A stretch of DNA of 64,000 bases. It comes from Planctomycetota bacterium (GTDB lineage Bacteria; Planctomycetota; UBA1135; UBA2386). Positions 47,873-56,400 of this stretch are shown here, piece after piece. The position numbers were made by a program, and so were the translations under genes. Each line of letters opens with the position of its first letter. The first letter of the stretch is position 1. The notes beneath the pieces were generated by a model. It was given only the letters and a program-made list of their open reading frames with translations. It ran no database searches and was not told the origin of the DNA. The stretch is taken from contig JAWKUN010000002.1 in the NCBI GenBank assembly GCA_041398565.1, positions 338,068 through 402,067 of the forward strand, given 5' to 3'.

Positions 47873-49402
47873 GTGGTCTCCATCGCCCGGACTGGCAGCG
47901 CCGGCAGCCCGCGACCACCGTTCCCTACCGGCTCCTCACCGAACGCCTCGAGACCTTCTCGCCCGCACCGCCGACGACGATTGCGCCGGCCCCCTGCCGC
48001 GCTTCGTCGTGCGCGAGCTACGCGACTTCGCCTGCGGACTCGCGCCGCTTCTGCCGCGTCCACTGCGACTCGTGCGGCAAAGACGACCTCGCCGCATTCT
48101 CTTGCAGGCGCCGCGGCATCTGCCCGTCCTGCGGAGCGCGCCGCATGGTCGATGGCGCCGCGTGGCCGGTCGACCGTCTTCCCCGACGTTCCCGTGCGCC
48201 GGTGGGTGCTGTCGCTCCCGCACCGAGTGCGCTGGGCCTGCGCGTTCGACCACCGTGCCACGCAAGGCGTGCGCAAGATCCTCGTGCGCGCACTCGCAGG
48301 CTTCTACTGCACCGACGCCAGAACGCGCGGGATCGTGAACGCCAAAGCCGGCACCGTCGTCTCGGTGCAGCGCTTCGACTCCGCCTTGCGCCTGAACATC
48401 CACTTCCACTCGCTCTGGCCGGACGGGACCTTTACCTGTGCCCTGCGCCAACCCGAGGCCACGTTCCACCCGGCGCGCCAGATCACCAACCAAGATCTCG
48501 AAGGTCTCGTGCAGAAGATCCGCCGCCGCGTCCTGTGCTACCTGCGCAAGACCGGCAAGTTGACCGATCTCGACACGGCAGATCACGACGTACAGGATCC
48601 GTCCCTCTTCGACACCTTGCGCGCCGCCGCGATCCAGGGCAAGGCCGCGCTCGGCACGCGGGCTGGACGGATCGATCCCCGCCTCGGCCAGGGCTCGCAT
48701 GTCGCCACCGACTTCACGCGCGGCAGGCTCTGCGCCAACCTCGACGGCTTCTCCCTGCACGCCGCCGTACGCGTCGATGGCTGCAACCGCGACCGTCTCG
48801 AGCGTCTGTGTCGCTACGCGCTGCGGCCCGCCATCGTCCACGAACGCTTGTCGCTGACTCCCTCGGGGAAAGTGCTCTACGCATTCAAGCGCCCCTGGCG
48901 CGATGGATCGACCCACGTGGTGCTCGATCCTCTCACTCTGCTCGAGCGCCTGGCGGCTTTGATCCCTGCCCCACGACGAAAGCTCGTCACCCACCACGGG
49001 GTCTTCGCGCCCGCTTTCCCTCTGCGTCACACCGTCGTGCCGCCGCCGCCAGAGCCCGACACCCAAGCACTCGTCGAACAGCCTGACCCGCACCGCGCGT
49101 GTGCGCATCCCGCCTCGGCATCGGCCCCGGTTCCTCTCTCGACATCCGGCACCGCCAAGGCGCCGCCGAACAAAGCTCGGCCCAAGCCCCGACCCCGCTA
49201 CCTGTGGGCCGACCTCCTACGCCGCACCTACCTCGTCGACGTACGGACCTGCCCAACCTGCAAGGGCAGACGCCGCCTCCTCGCCTTCATCACCGAACGC
49301 GAGTCCATCGTCAGGATCCTTCGCCACCTCGGCTTGCCCACCGAGCCGCCGGTCGTGGCGCCCCCCAGACCGCCCCCGACCTTGGCGCTGCCGTTCTCGT
49401 AG
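47873..49402 (+). pseudogene. IS91-family (Y2/HUH rolling-circle) transposase, copy 2: long ORF, but the N-terminal zinc-binding region lies in other frames
   Basis: ORF 47873..49402 carries VFPDVPVRRWVLSLPHRVRW, QRFDSALRLNIHFHSLWPDG, CANLDGFSLHAAVRVDGCNRDRLERLCRYALRP and CPTCKGRRRLLAFITERESIVRILRHLGLP. The expected upstream motifs are TVPYRLLTERLETF (frame of ORF 47815), PLPRFVVRELRDFACGLA (frame of ORF 47145) and RRFCRVHCDSCGKDDLAAFSCRRRGICPSCGARRMVDGAAW (frame of ORF 47815). Reading them together requires three frame changes. Confidence 0.75.
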
Positions 49403-49487
49403 TTCAGTCCTCCGCCCGCAATGCCAGCCACTCCGGGCCGCCTGGATCTCCGTACCCATCACCGCCACGACCATGCTCACCGGCTAG

Positions 49488-51315
49488 ACCTTGAACCAGC
49501 GAACTCGCGCCCGCTGAAAGTCTGAAGATCCCCGAAACACCACTCTCCGCCGTTCGTACGTGCTTCTGCACAACAACGAACCAACGCCAGGGAGGGCGTT
49601 CCGGGTGAACACGAAAGTACGAGATGAGATCCTCCGGCGCCAGCGTCGGAACACGCGGCGGCTGCAGCAAGCAGGGGGCAACGACGGCCAGCCCGTGCTG
49701 GACACGAGGAGCGCGGAGTTCGAGATGTCGAACCGGACCTGCGCCACGAGCGCCGGCGGCGTGCGACTTGCCCACGACCTTGCGCGCTCGGTGGAGTTGC
49801 CACAAGCGATCGATCAGCAACTCAACCTGCTGAAGCTGCACCGCCCGTACTACGAGTCGGACCATGTGCTGTCGCTGGCCTACAACCTGCTCGCCGGCGG
49901 CACCTGCATCGAAGACCTCGAGCAACGCCGAAGCGACGACGCCTTCCTCGACATGCTTGGCGTGGACCGCATCCCCGACCCGACGACGGCCGGCGACTTC
50001 TGCCGCCGCTTCGGCAGCAAGCAAAACGTCGACGCACTGCAGGACGCGATCAACGAGAGCCGCCTCCGCGTGTGGCAGCGGCAGTCGAAGGACTTCTTCG
50101 CGCAGGCCATCGTCGACGCCGACGGCACGATCGCAGAGACCACCGGCGAGTGCAAAGAAGGCATGGACATGTCCTTCAAGGGGCAGTGGGGCTACCAGCA
50201 CCTCATCGTGTCGTTGGCGAACACGCAGGAGGTCTTGTTCCAGGATCTGCGACCCGGCAACCGCCCGTCGCACGAGGGTGCGGCCGAACGACTCGACCAA
50301 GCAGTCGCGCTGCTGCGGCGCGGCGGCTTTCGGAAGATCCTGATGCGCGGCGACACCGCCTTCAGCCAAACGGTCTTCCTCGACCGCTGGGATGCCGACT
50401 GCATCGAGTTCGTGTTCGGCATCCAGGCTGCCGAGAGCCTGCGCGAAACCGCCGATGCGCTGCCGGACTCGGCCTGGACGGTGCTTGAGCGCAAGCCGCC
50501 GTACGCGGTCCAGACGTCGCCGCGGGCGCGCCCGCGCAACGTGAAGGACGACATCGTCATGGAGCGCGAGTACTACAACCAGCACCTCTGCCGCGAGGAC
50601 ATCCCCGAGTTCGACTACCGCCCGAGCGCGTGCAAGGTGCCGTTCCGCATCGTCGTGCTGCGCAAGATCATCTCGCACGAGCGCGGACAGAAGCTGCTGC
50701 ACGCCGAGCACCGCTACCTCTTCTACATCACCAACACGGCGCATCCGGCTGCGCGCGTCGTCGAGCTTGCGAACCAGCGTTGCAACCAGGAGCGTACGAT
50801 CGGCGAGCTGAAGTCGGGCGTGAACGCACTACGCATGCCGCTCGGCGATTTGGTGTCGAACTGGGCCTACTCGGTGATCGCGACGCTGGCGTGGAATCTG
50901 TCGCGGTGGATCGCCCTGATGCTGCCAGCGCGTGGCAGGTGGCGCGACAAGCACGCCGAGGAGAAGCGTGACGTGCTCCGCATGCGCTTCCGGACCTTCG
51001 TCCAGCGGCTGATGCTCTTGCCGGCTCAGGTCGTAACGACCGGTCGCCGGCTCGTCGTGCGGTTGCTCGACTGGAATCCCTGGCGACACGTCTTCTTCCG
51101 CGCCATCGAGTCGGTCCAGCTCACGACGTAGCTGGCCAACCCCGAAGCCAGAGCACGGACGCTCTGGTCCGCCGCGGACCTCGAAGCACGCAAGGAGTCG
51201 ACACCAACAAGATGGACAACTCGACGATCACCGCGACCGGCCCTGGCCGGTCAGGCGGCGGCGCGTACGCTCGCGCTCGGACGTGCGGAGCCAGTGATCT
51301 TCGCTTGTTTGAGGG
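49488..51315 (+). mobile_element. IS1380-family insertion sequence (~1.83 kb) nested in the IS91 tail, with a CTAG (or CTAGA) target duplication
   Basis: The uninterrupted tail at 25049 reads ctcaccggCTAGaacacccgcc. Here ctcaccggCTAG|accttgaacc appears at 49484-49487 and ...ttgagggCTAG|aacacccgcc at 51316-51319. The imperfect terminal inverted repeats are ccttgaaccagcgaa and ccctcaaacaagcgaa (about 12 of 16 match). Confidence 0.85.
49560..51131 (+). CDS. IS1380-family DDE transposase
   Basis: The 523-aa ORF is protein-like throughout. Segments include DHVLSLAYNLLAGGTCIEDLE, AIVDADGTIAETTGECKEGM, ILMRGDTAFS and ANQRCNQERTIGELKSGVNALRMPLGDLVSNWAYSVIATLAWNLSRW, which matches the family's C-terminal signature as I recall it. 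The true start may be internal. Confidence 0.85.
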   Translation: MLLHNNEPTPGRAFRVNTKVRDEILRRQRRNTRRLQQAGGNDGQPVLDTRSAEFEMSNRTCATSAGGVRLAHDLARSVELPQAIDQQLNLLKLHRPYYESDHVLSLAYNLLAGGTCIEDLEQRRSDDAFLDMLGVDRIPDPTTAGDFCRRFGSKQNVDALQDAINESRLRVWQRQSKDFFAQAIVDADGTIAETTGECKEGMDMSFKGQWGYQHLIVSLANTQEVLFQDLRPGNRPSHEGAAERLDQAVALLRRGGFRKILMRGDTAFSQTVFLDRWDADCIEFVFGIQAAESLRETADALPDSAWTVLERKPPYAVQTSPRARPRNVKDDIVMEREYYNQHLCREDIPEFDYRPSACKVPFRIVVLRKIISHERGQKLLHAEHRYLFYITNTAHPAARVVELANQRCNQERTIGELKSGVNALRMPLGDLVSNWAYSVIATLAWNLSRWIALMLPARGRWRDKHAEEKRDVLRMRFRTFVQRLMLLPAQVVTTGRRLVVRLLDWNPWRHVFFRAIESVQLTT

Positions 51316-51411
51316 CTAGAACACCCGCCCGTCCAGCCAGTGCGACCGAGCACCGGGCACGACGCGCCCGAAACCCACCATTGGCCCCACCAGGACCAAA
51401 CCCGAGGGACG

Positions 51412-51433
51412 CAGCTTGCTCTTCTTATCCCGC
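51412..51433 (+). repeat. IS91-like right-end 22-mer, copy c (end of IS91 copy 2)
   Basis: It reads cagcttgctcttcttatcccgc and is followed directly by GAACgcc. Confidence 0.65.
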
Positions 51434-51592
51434 GAACGCCTTCAGCTCGCGCCGGCAGAACCCCGGCACCGACCGTTCGCCGCCCGCGAGGCCGCGCTCG
51501 AACCTGAGCCATTCCCGCTGCACCACGCGATACAGCACCGTGGTCTCGGGCTCCCGCCGCGAGCGCACTGCGCCTCGCCGCTCCCGAGTGCG
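51434..51592 (-). pseudogene. N-terminal fragment (~53 codons) of a second, divergent IS91-family transposase, in opposite orientation and cut by the end of copy 2
   Basis: My minus-strand translation is RTRERRGAVRSRREPETTVLYRVVQREWLRFERGLAGGERSVPGFCRRELKAF. It parallels RRQPATTVPYRLLTERLETF...PLPRFVVRELRDF of the plus-strand copies and stops exactly at 51434. Confidence 0.55.
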
Positions 51593-52091
51593 CGTCCCCA
51601 CATGACGTCTGTGCCCCGACGCGGCCGCTGGTTACATGCAGTTCGCTGTGCGCCGACCCGTCAGGCCACAAGAACGACCGCGTGCACGTGCACGCATTCG
51701 CCACGAGTGGCGACGAACCCGAACGAGTTAGAGCGAACGAGAGCGAACCATTGCGAAAGGCGTCCACTACTCCTCACCTGCCGAAGTCCCGATCACTTAC
51801 CGACCTCGCGGCGATCAACTGCGACGTGGTCACAAGGTCGAAGTCGCAGGTTCGAATCCTGCACGGCGGCGCGCGCCAGGCGCGCGACGCGATCCCGCGA
51901 ATCCGCTCGACCAATTCGCCCACGTCCGCGTCGGTCACGCCGCCGTACCGGCGCGAAACAACGCATTGCCGGGATGCGCCGGATCGGCGTGCCACGGCGA
52001 TTGCTGCGGTTCCGCGATGGCTGCGCCGATCCCCAACGTCGAAGCGAGAAGCGTGCGGTAGTTCACGGCGTTGTCCGTTCTCGATCGCTAG

Positions 52092-53420
52092 TCATCCCTC
52101 GGTGCTTTCGCTTAGCTGCTTCATGAGTGACTGGGCGAGGAACCCGTACGCGTCCTCGGCCTGCGACGGCCCGCGTTGCTTCGTGAACTCCACGGCCGAG
52201 GCGAAGGCTGCGACGCCGATCCGGGCTTCCCCGACGGCGAACGCGAGCATCGCCTCCTCGAGGAACTGCAGTTCGGTCGACGCCTGTCGCGTTCGCACAG
52301 CGTCGAGCAGAAAGCGCAACGAACCCGTGTCGTCCGCGGACAGTTCGGTTCCTTTCTCGACGACGTCGAACAGGTCGGGCACATAGGCCTGAACGAATTG
52401 GCTTGCCATCGTGCCCAATGCGCGCTGCAGGCCGGCGATGATCGCGCGCGCGCGTTCCTCGGGCGGCGTGCCCGCCGGCGGCCGCGCGGCATCAGCGGGC
52501 GCTTTCTCGGCGATGTCCTTCATCATGCGATGCGTGGCGCCGGCACCGAGAATGCCGTCGGCGACGTTGGGCGACGGGTCGACGCTTTGCAGCGCGTGCA
52601 GGGCGATCGCGGCTTCGGCGAAGCGGCCGCTGTTGAGCAAGTACATCAGCAGGCAACACCAGCCGTGGATGTGCATCGGCTGGCGTTCCAGCAACCGGGC
52701 GATCTCGCAGCAGTCGCGAAACCAGGGTACAGCGTCCCTGGCCGTGAGCCCGCCCGTTGCCTCCGTCTTCCTAGCCAGATCCTGCAAGCGGGCGACGATG
52801 GCGAGGACGTTGTCGCCGCGGTCGCCTGTTCGGCGTGCGATGAAGTCGCGCGTCTGAGCGGCGTGTTGGTTGTCGGGTTCCTTCTCGAGCACACGGTCGA
52901 TCCGCGCCATGCCGTCGACCGGATCGCCGAGGAGAGTCACGATCTGGGATGCGTACACGGCGAACTCGGCCACGTCGGAGTAGAGCGAGTCGAGCAGTTT
53001 CACGTGATCGCGGGCCCGCTCGGCCATCGGCCCCGACAGCTCTACTCCTCCCGATGCGAAGCACTTCGATCGAAGGCGAATCATCGTCGGCAGCATGCCG
53101 CCTCCCATCGAAGCCGCGAGGTGAACCACGACGGCACCGTCCGTCTGCTGGATATCCGGGTTCAGGTGGATGGCCTTGGGGTCCTTCGCGAGCTCTCGCA
53201 AGTGTCGCAGCTGCTGCTCGAACCCGTCCGGCATCTTCAGAACGCGGTCGAGGAGCTGCAGAGCCTCGGCTTCGCGGTCGCCGCCGTACAGTTCTTCGAT
53301 CTTGCGTAGCACCGAGAGGCCGTCGCTCATTCGCGGGCTTTCGCGTTCGGATCCCGACTCTGCCGGCTGCTTGCCGCCCTGCCCGAGCGCGGCCCGGAGT
53401 TTGTCCATTCGGTTCTTCAT
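52092..53420 (-). CDS. Hypothetical all-helical protein (442 aa), translationally coupled partner of the STAND protein
   Basis: The ORF is protein-like (MKNRMDKLRAALGQGGKQPAESG...KQLSESTEG), with no motif I recognise. Its ATG overlaps the upstream stop in an ATGA (53417-53420). An AGGAGA Shine-Dalgarno lies 5 nt upstream of the ATG (53426-53431, minus strand). Confidence 0.7.
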   Translation of the reverse strand: MKNRMDKLRAALGQGGKQPAESGSERESPRMSDGLSVLRKIEELYGGDREAEALQLLDRVLKMPDGFEQQLRHLRELAKDPKAIHLNPDIQQTDGAVVVHLAASMGGGMLPTMIRLRSKCFASGGVELSGPMAERARDHVKLLDSLYSDVAEFAVYASQIVTLLGDPVDGMARIDRVLEKEPDNQHAAQTRDFIARRTGDRGDNVLAIVARLQDLARKTEATGGLTARDAVPWFRDCCEIARLLERQPMHIHGWCCLLMYLLNSGRFAEAAIALHALQSVDPSPNVADGILGAGATHRMMKDIAEKAPADAARPPAGTPPEERARAIIAGLQRALGTMASQFVQAYVPDLFDVVEKGTELSADDTGSLRFLLDAVRTRQASTELQFLEEAMLAFAVGEARIGVAAFASAVEFTKQRGPSQAEDAYGFLAQSLMKQLSESTEG

Positions 53421-56400
53421 GATGTTCTCCTGTCGGCGTGCGCGGCAAGTTCGACGCGGTAGGTGCGCACGCTCCCGTCGTCACACAGGACGTGAACGGA
53501 TTCGCCGTCGTTCGCAAACGCGACGTCCTTCACGGCTTCGTCCATCGGGAGCGTGGCGAGGGGATCGGTCGATCCGATGCGCCAGAGATGAAGGCAACCG
53601 TTGGCGTGCACGCTGCAGAATGTCGGGTCATCGCAGCGCCAGGCGATCAGCTGCTGGCATGACGAGGTAGTGCCCCGGAAGAGGAGCCGGCGAGACTTCG
53701 CGGTCGCGAATCGGCCGAGCTCGTCGCCACTGCCAGTATCCCACGCCACGATCGATCCGGCGATTGGCCCATGCGCGGTGATCGCCGTAGCGTCGTCGAG
53801 CAACGTCAGCCTGGTCGTCGCCGATTCGACCTCGATGCCACCGAGGACGTCCCACCGCGGGATCGCCACCGCGAAACATGCGACGCGGTCGAGAGCGACG
53901 ATGCACGTCGCGCCGGACGGCGAGACGGCGAAGTCGTCGACGCGCGCATCGACGCGGTGGACGGCCTTCGTGCCGTCGCGGCCGAACAGCACGATTCGGT
54001 CGCTCATCGCTGCCACGCACGCGATCGGACCCGAAGAGAGCAACGCGTGGCGCACGATCGAACCAGCGGCGCCGGTGTCGTCGTGAGGGTCGTACACGGC
54101 GACACGTTGTCCTGTCATCGGTTGCCATACGTGAATCAACTCGTCGGCTCCGATCGCGGACAGCAGATCACCGTGCCACCGCGGCTCGCGCAGGAATCCG
54201 GCGCCGGGCCGGACGGTGCGCGCAACTGCACGTGTCTCGGCATCGACGATGTAGAGGACTCCGGTGTACGACAGGGCAACACGGCGGCCGTCCGGCGAAA
54301 GGGCGCCGCCGTCCAGCCCCACCCCATCCGGTAACTCGGCACCCATCGCACCGTTGTCGTTCGCGTTCAGCACGAACAGCTCCGCCATCCCGCCGGCGAC
54401 GAGTTCGTTTCGTCCGGCCAGGAGGTCCAGGGAACGAATGCCGTCCGGTGAATCCCGCAGTCGCCTAACTACGCCGGTGCCGAGATCGAGCGCGATGGTG
54501 CCACCTGTCGCGAGCCGTTGATCCGGTGCGCTCGACGCCGCGATGACACGCTGCCCGACATCGTCGAAGACCAGCGATGTAACGCACTCGCGCAGGTACG
54601 TGTCGCCGGTCACGTCATCAGCAAGTTTGCCGTCCACGACCATGAGCCGCCGCGAGTGCTGCTCGGTCAGATTGCGAAACTGGCGTTCTGCCCATCCGGG
54701 TTGGCACGCCTCGATAAAGCCGGTGTCCGCGTTCACGACGAACACGCCGCCCTGCGAGGTTCCGATCGCGACGTAGCGACGAGAGCGGGCCACAGCGACC
54801 GCCGAAACGCTGCTCGGCCATTCCATCTTGAAGAAGACCGACGGTGAGGAACCATCGATCGGCAGGCGCCAGACTGACTTTTGTCCATCGTACTCAGAAC
54901 GCCCGAGCACGGCGAAGACGGCCGAGCCGTCGGGGGCCGAAGCCATCGACACGACGCCCTGAGCGGTCGCGTCGCCGACATCCTTGATGTCCTCTTCGAC
55001 GAGATCGACGACCGAGAACCGCACTACGTCCTTCATCCGAATGGCGACGACGACCAGGCCGTCGCGGCCGATGTGCGCGGCCTCCAAGTCCGCGCCGACG
55101 GTCGCGAGCTTGGCGATCCTGCGGCCGTCGATGTGCGCAGCAACGATGTCGCCGTTCTTGCGGACGGTCATGATCAATCCGCGATCTCCGAGCCAGCGGA
55201 CCGCCAACGGCGTGTCCGCCGCGGACTTCGACGCGTGTTCCGTGATCGTCCAGACCTTGCGGCGTTCGTCGACGTCCCAGACGTCGAGTGATTCTCGGCC
55301 GATTGCGGGGCCCTCCGATCGACACACGAACTGGCGTTGGGCGGGGCTGCACGACACGAGGTCGTACGACGCGGCGGAATCGAGGACGACTCGTCCGGTC
55401 GCTCGGGATGGCGATGTCGGCGTTCGTTGCGGCGTGATCGCGCGGAACCAAACGCCGCGGCGTGACAGGTGCAGGGCGGCCGAGTTGCGGATCCGGGGCG
55501 ATGCGCTGGCCGAGTTCGCGAGATGCTGCGCGACGAGCTCGGGGTACATTCGAGTCTCGAGTTGGACGGCAAGCAGAGCCCGTCGCAGGTCGGCGGCGAG
55601 TTCGCGCGTCGATGCTGGCAGGTTGTTCCGGCCGGCGAACGTCTGCAAGTCGTTCGCGAGGTGCATCACACCGAGATGATCGACGCGCTGGGTGTGCCGA
55701 TAACTAACGTGCAGGTGCGTGCAGTAGGCCGTGATGAACTCACTGTCCAGCAACGCGGCCTCCGCTTGGTCGTGCATGTCGTACGTCAGCGACAGGGCAT
55801 GCAGGCGTTCGGTCAGGTTGCGCAGATCCGCGGAGTCGCCGGTCATCACAGGCCGGTTGCAGAAGTAGCGCGCGACCGCGGAGTGGAACGCGGCGCGATC
55901 GTCACCCGAGCCGAACAGCAAACGCGCGACTGATTCGACGGCCGCGCCGGCAAACCGCAGAGTCGTGCCGCCGAACGCGCGGCCCGGAACCAGGAAGCGG
56001 TCGATGTCGTGACAGAACCGCAAGAACACCGATGCCGGGACGGCGCGGATGCCCTTGAGTTCGTGTGCTGAGTCAGCGACGAGGTCGTTCCAGAACTCAT
56101 CGTCGGCCGCGAGCAGATCCGTGAGTTCCTGTTCTGTCAGACCGAACCGCGATGCGAGCACGAAGGCGCAGGCGCGCCGCACGAGTACCGGGCTGTGGTG
56201 GGCGACCTTCGAGAGGCCGCGCAAGTCGTCACGAATGAACTCCGCGGCGGAGCGAGCGAGGTTGCTCGGATTCTCCCAGGAACGCCACTCGCGGGCTGCG
56301 AGTGCGATCATCCGGCTGTAGTGCGGAGAGACACGCTCGCCGAACCGATCCCGCAGAACCTCGAGCTGTCGAGGTGCGACCGTCCGCCGCATACGGAAGC

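Noticed and set aside
47900-48215. Programmed ribosomal frameshifting in the IS91 transposase
   Set aside because: Three separate frame changes in both directions would be needed, and I saw no slippery heptamer. Decay or consensus errors are more parsimonious.
51790-51880. Calling an intact tRNA gene around the GGTTCGAATCC motif
   Set aside because: I could not form D or anticodon arms, or a complementary 5' acceptor strand. The apparent CCA belongs to a GC palindrome. I kept it only as a tRNA-like scrap in the findings.
51940-52070. Possible 41-codon GTG-initiated signal-peptide-like ORF (MNYRTLLASTLGIGAAIAEPQQSPW...) just downstream of the 442-aa gene on the minus strand
   Set aside because: It is too short, has no ribosome-binding site that I could see, and is plausible by chance in this sequence.
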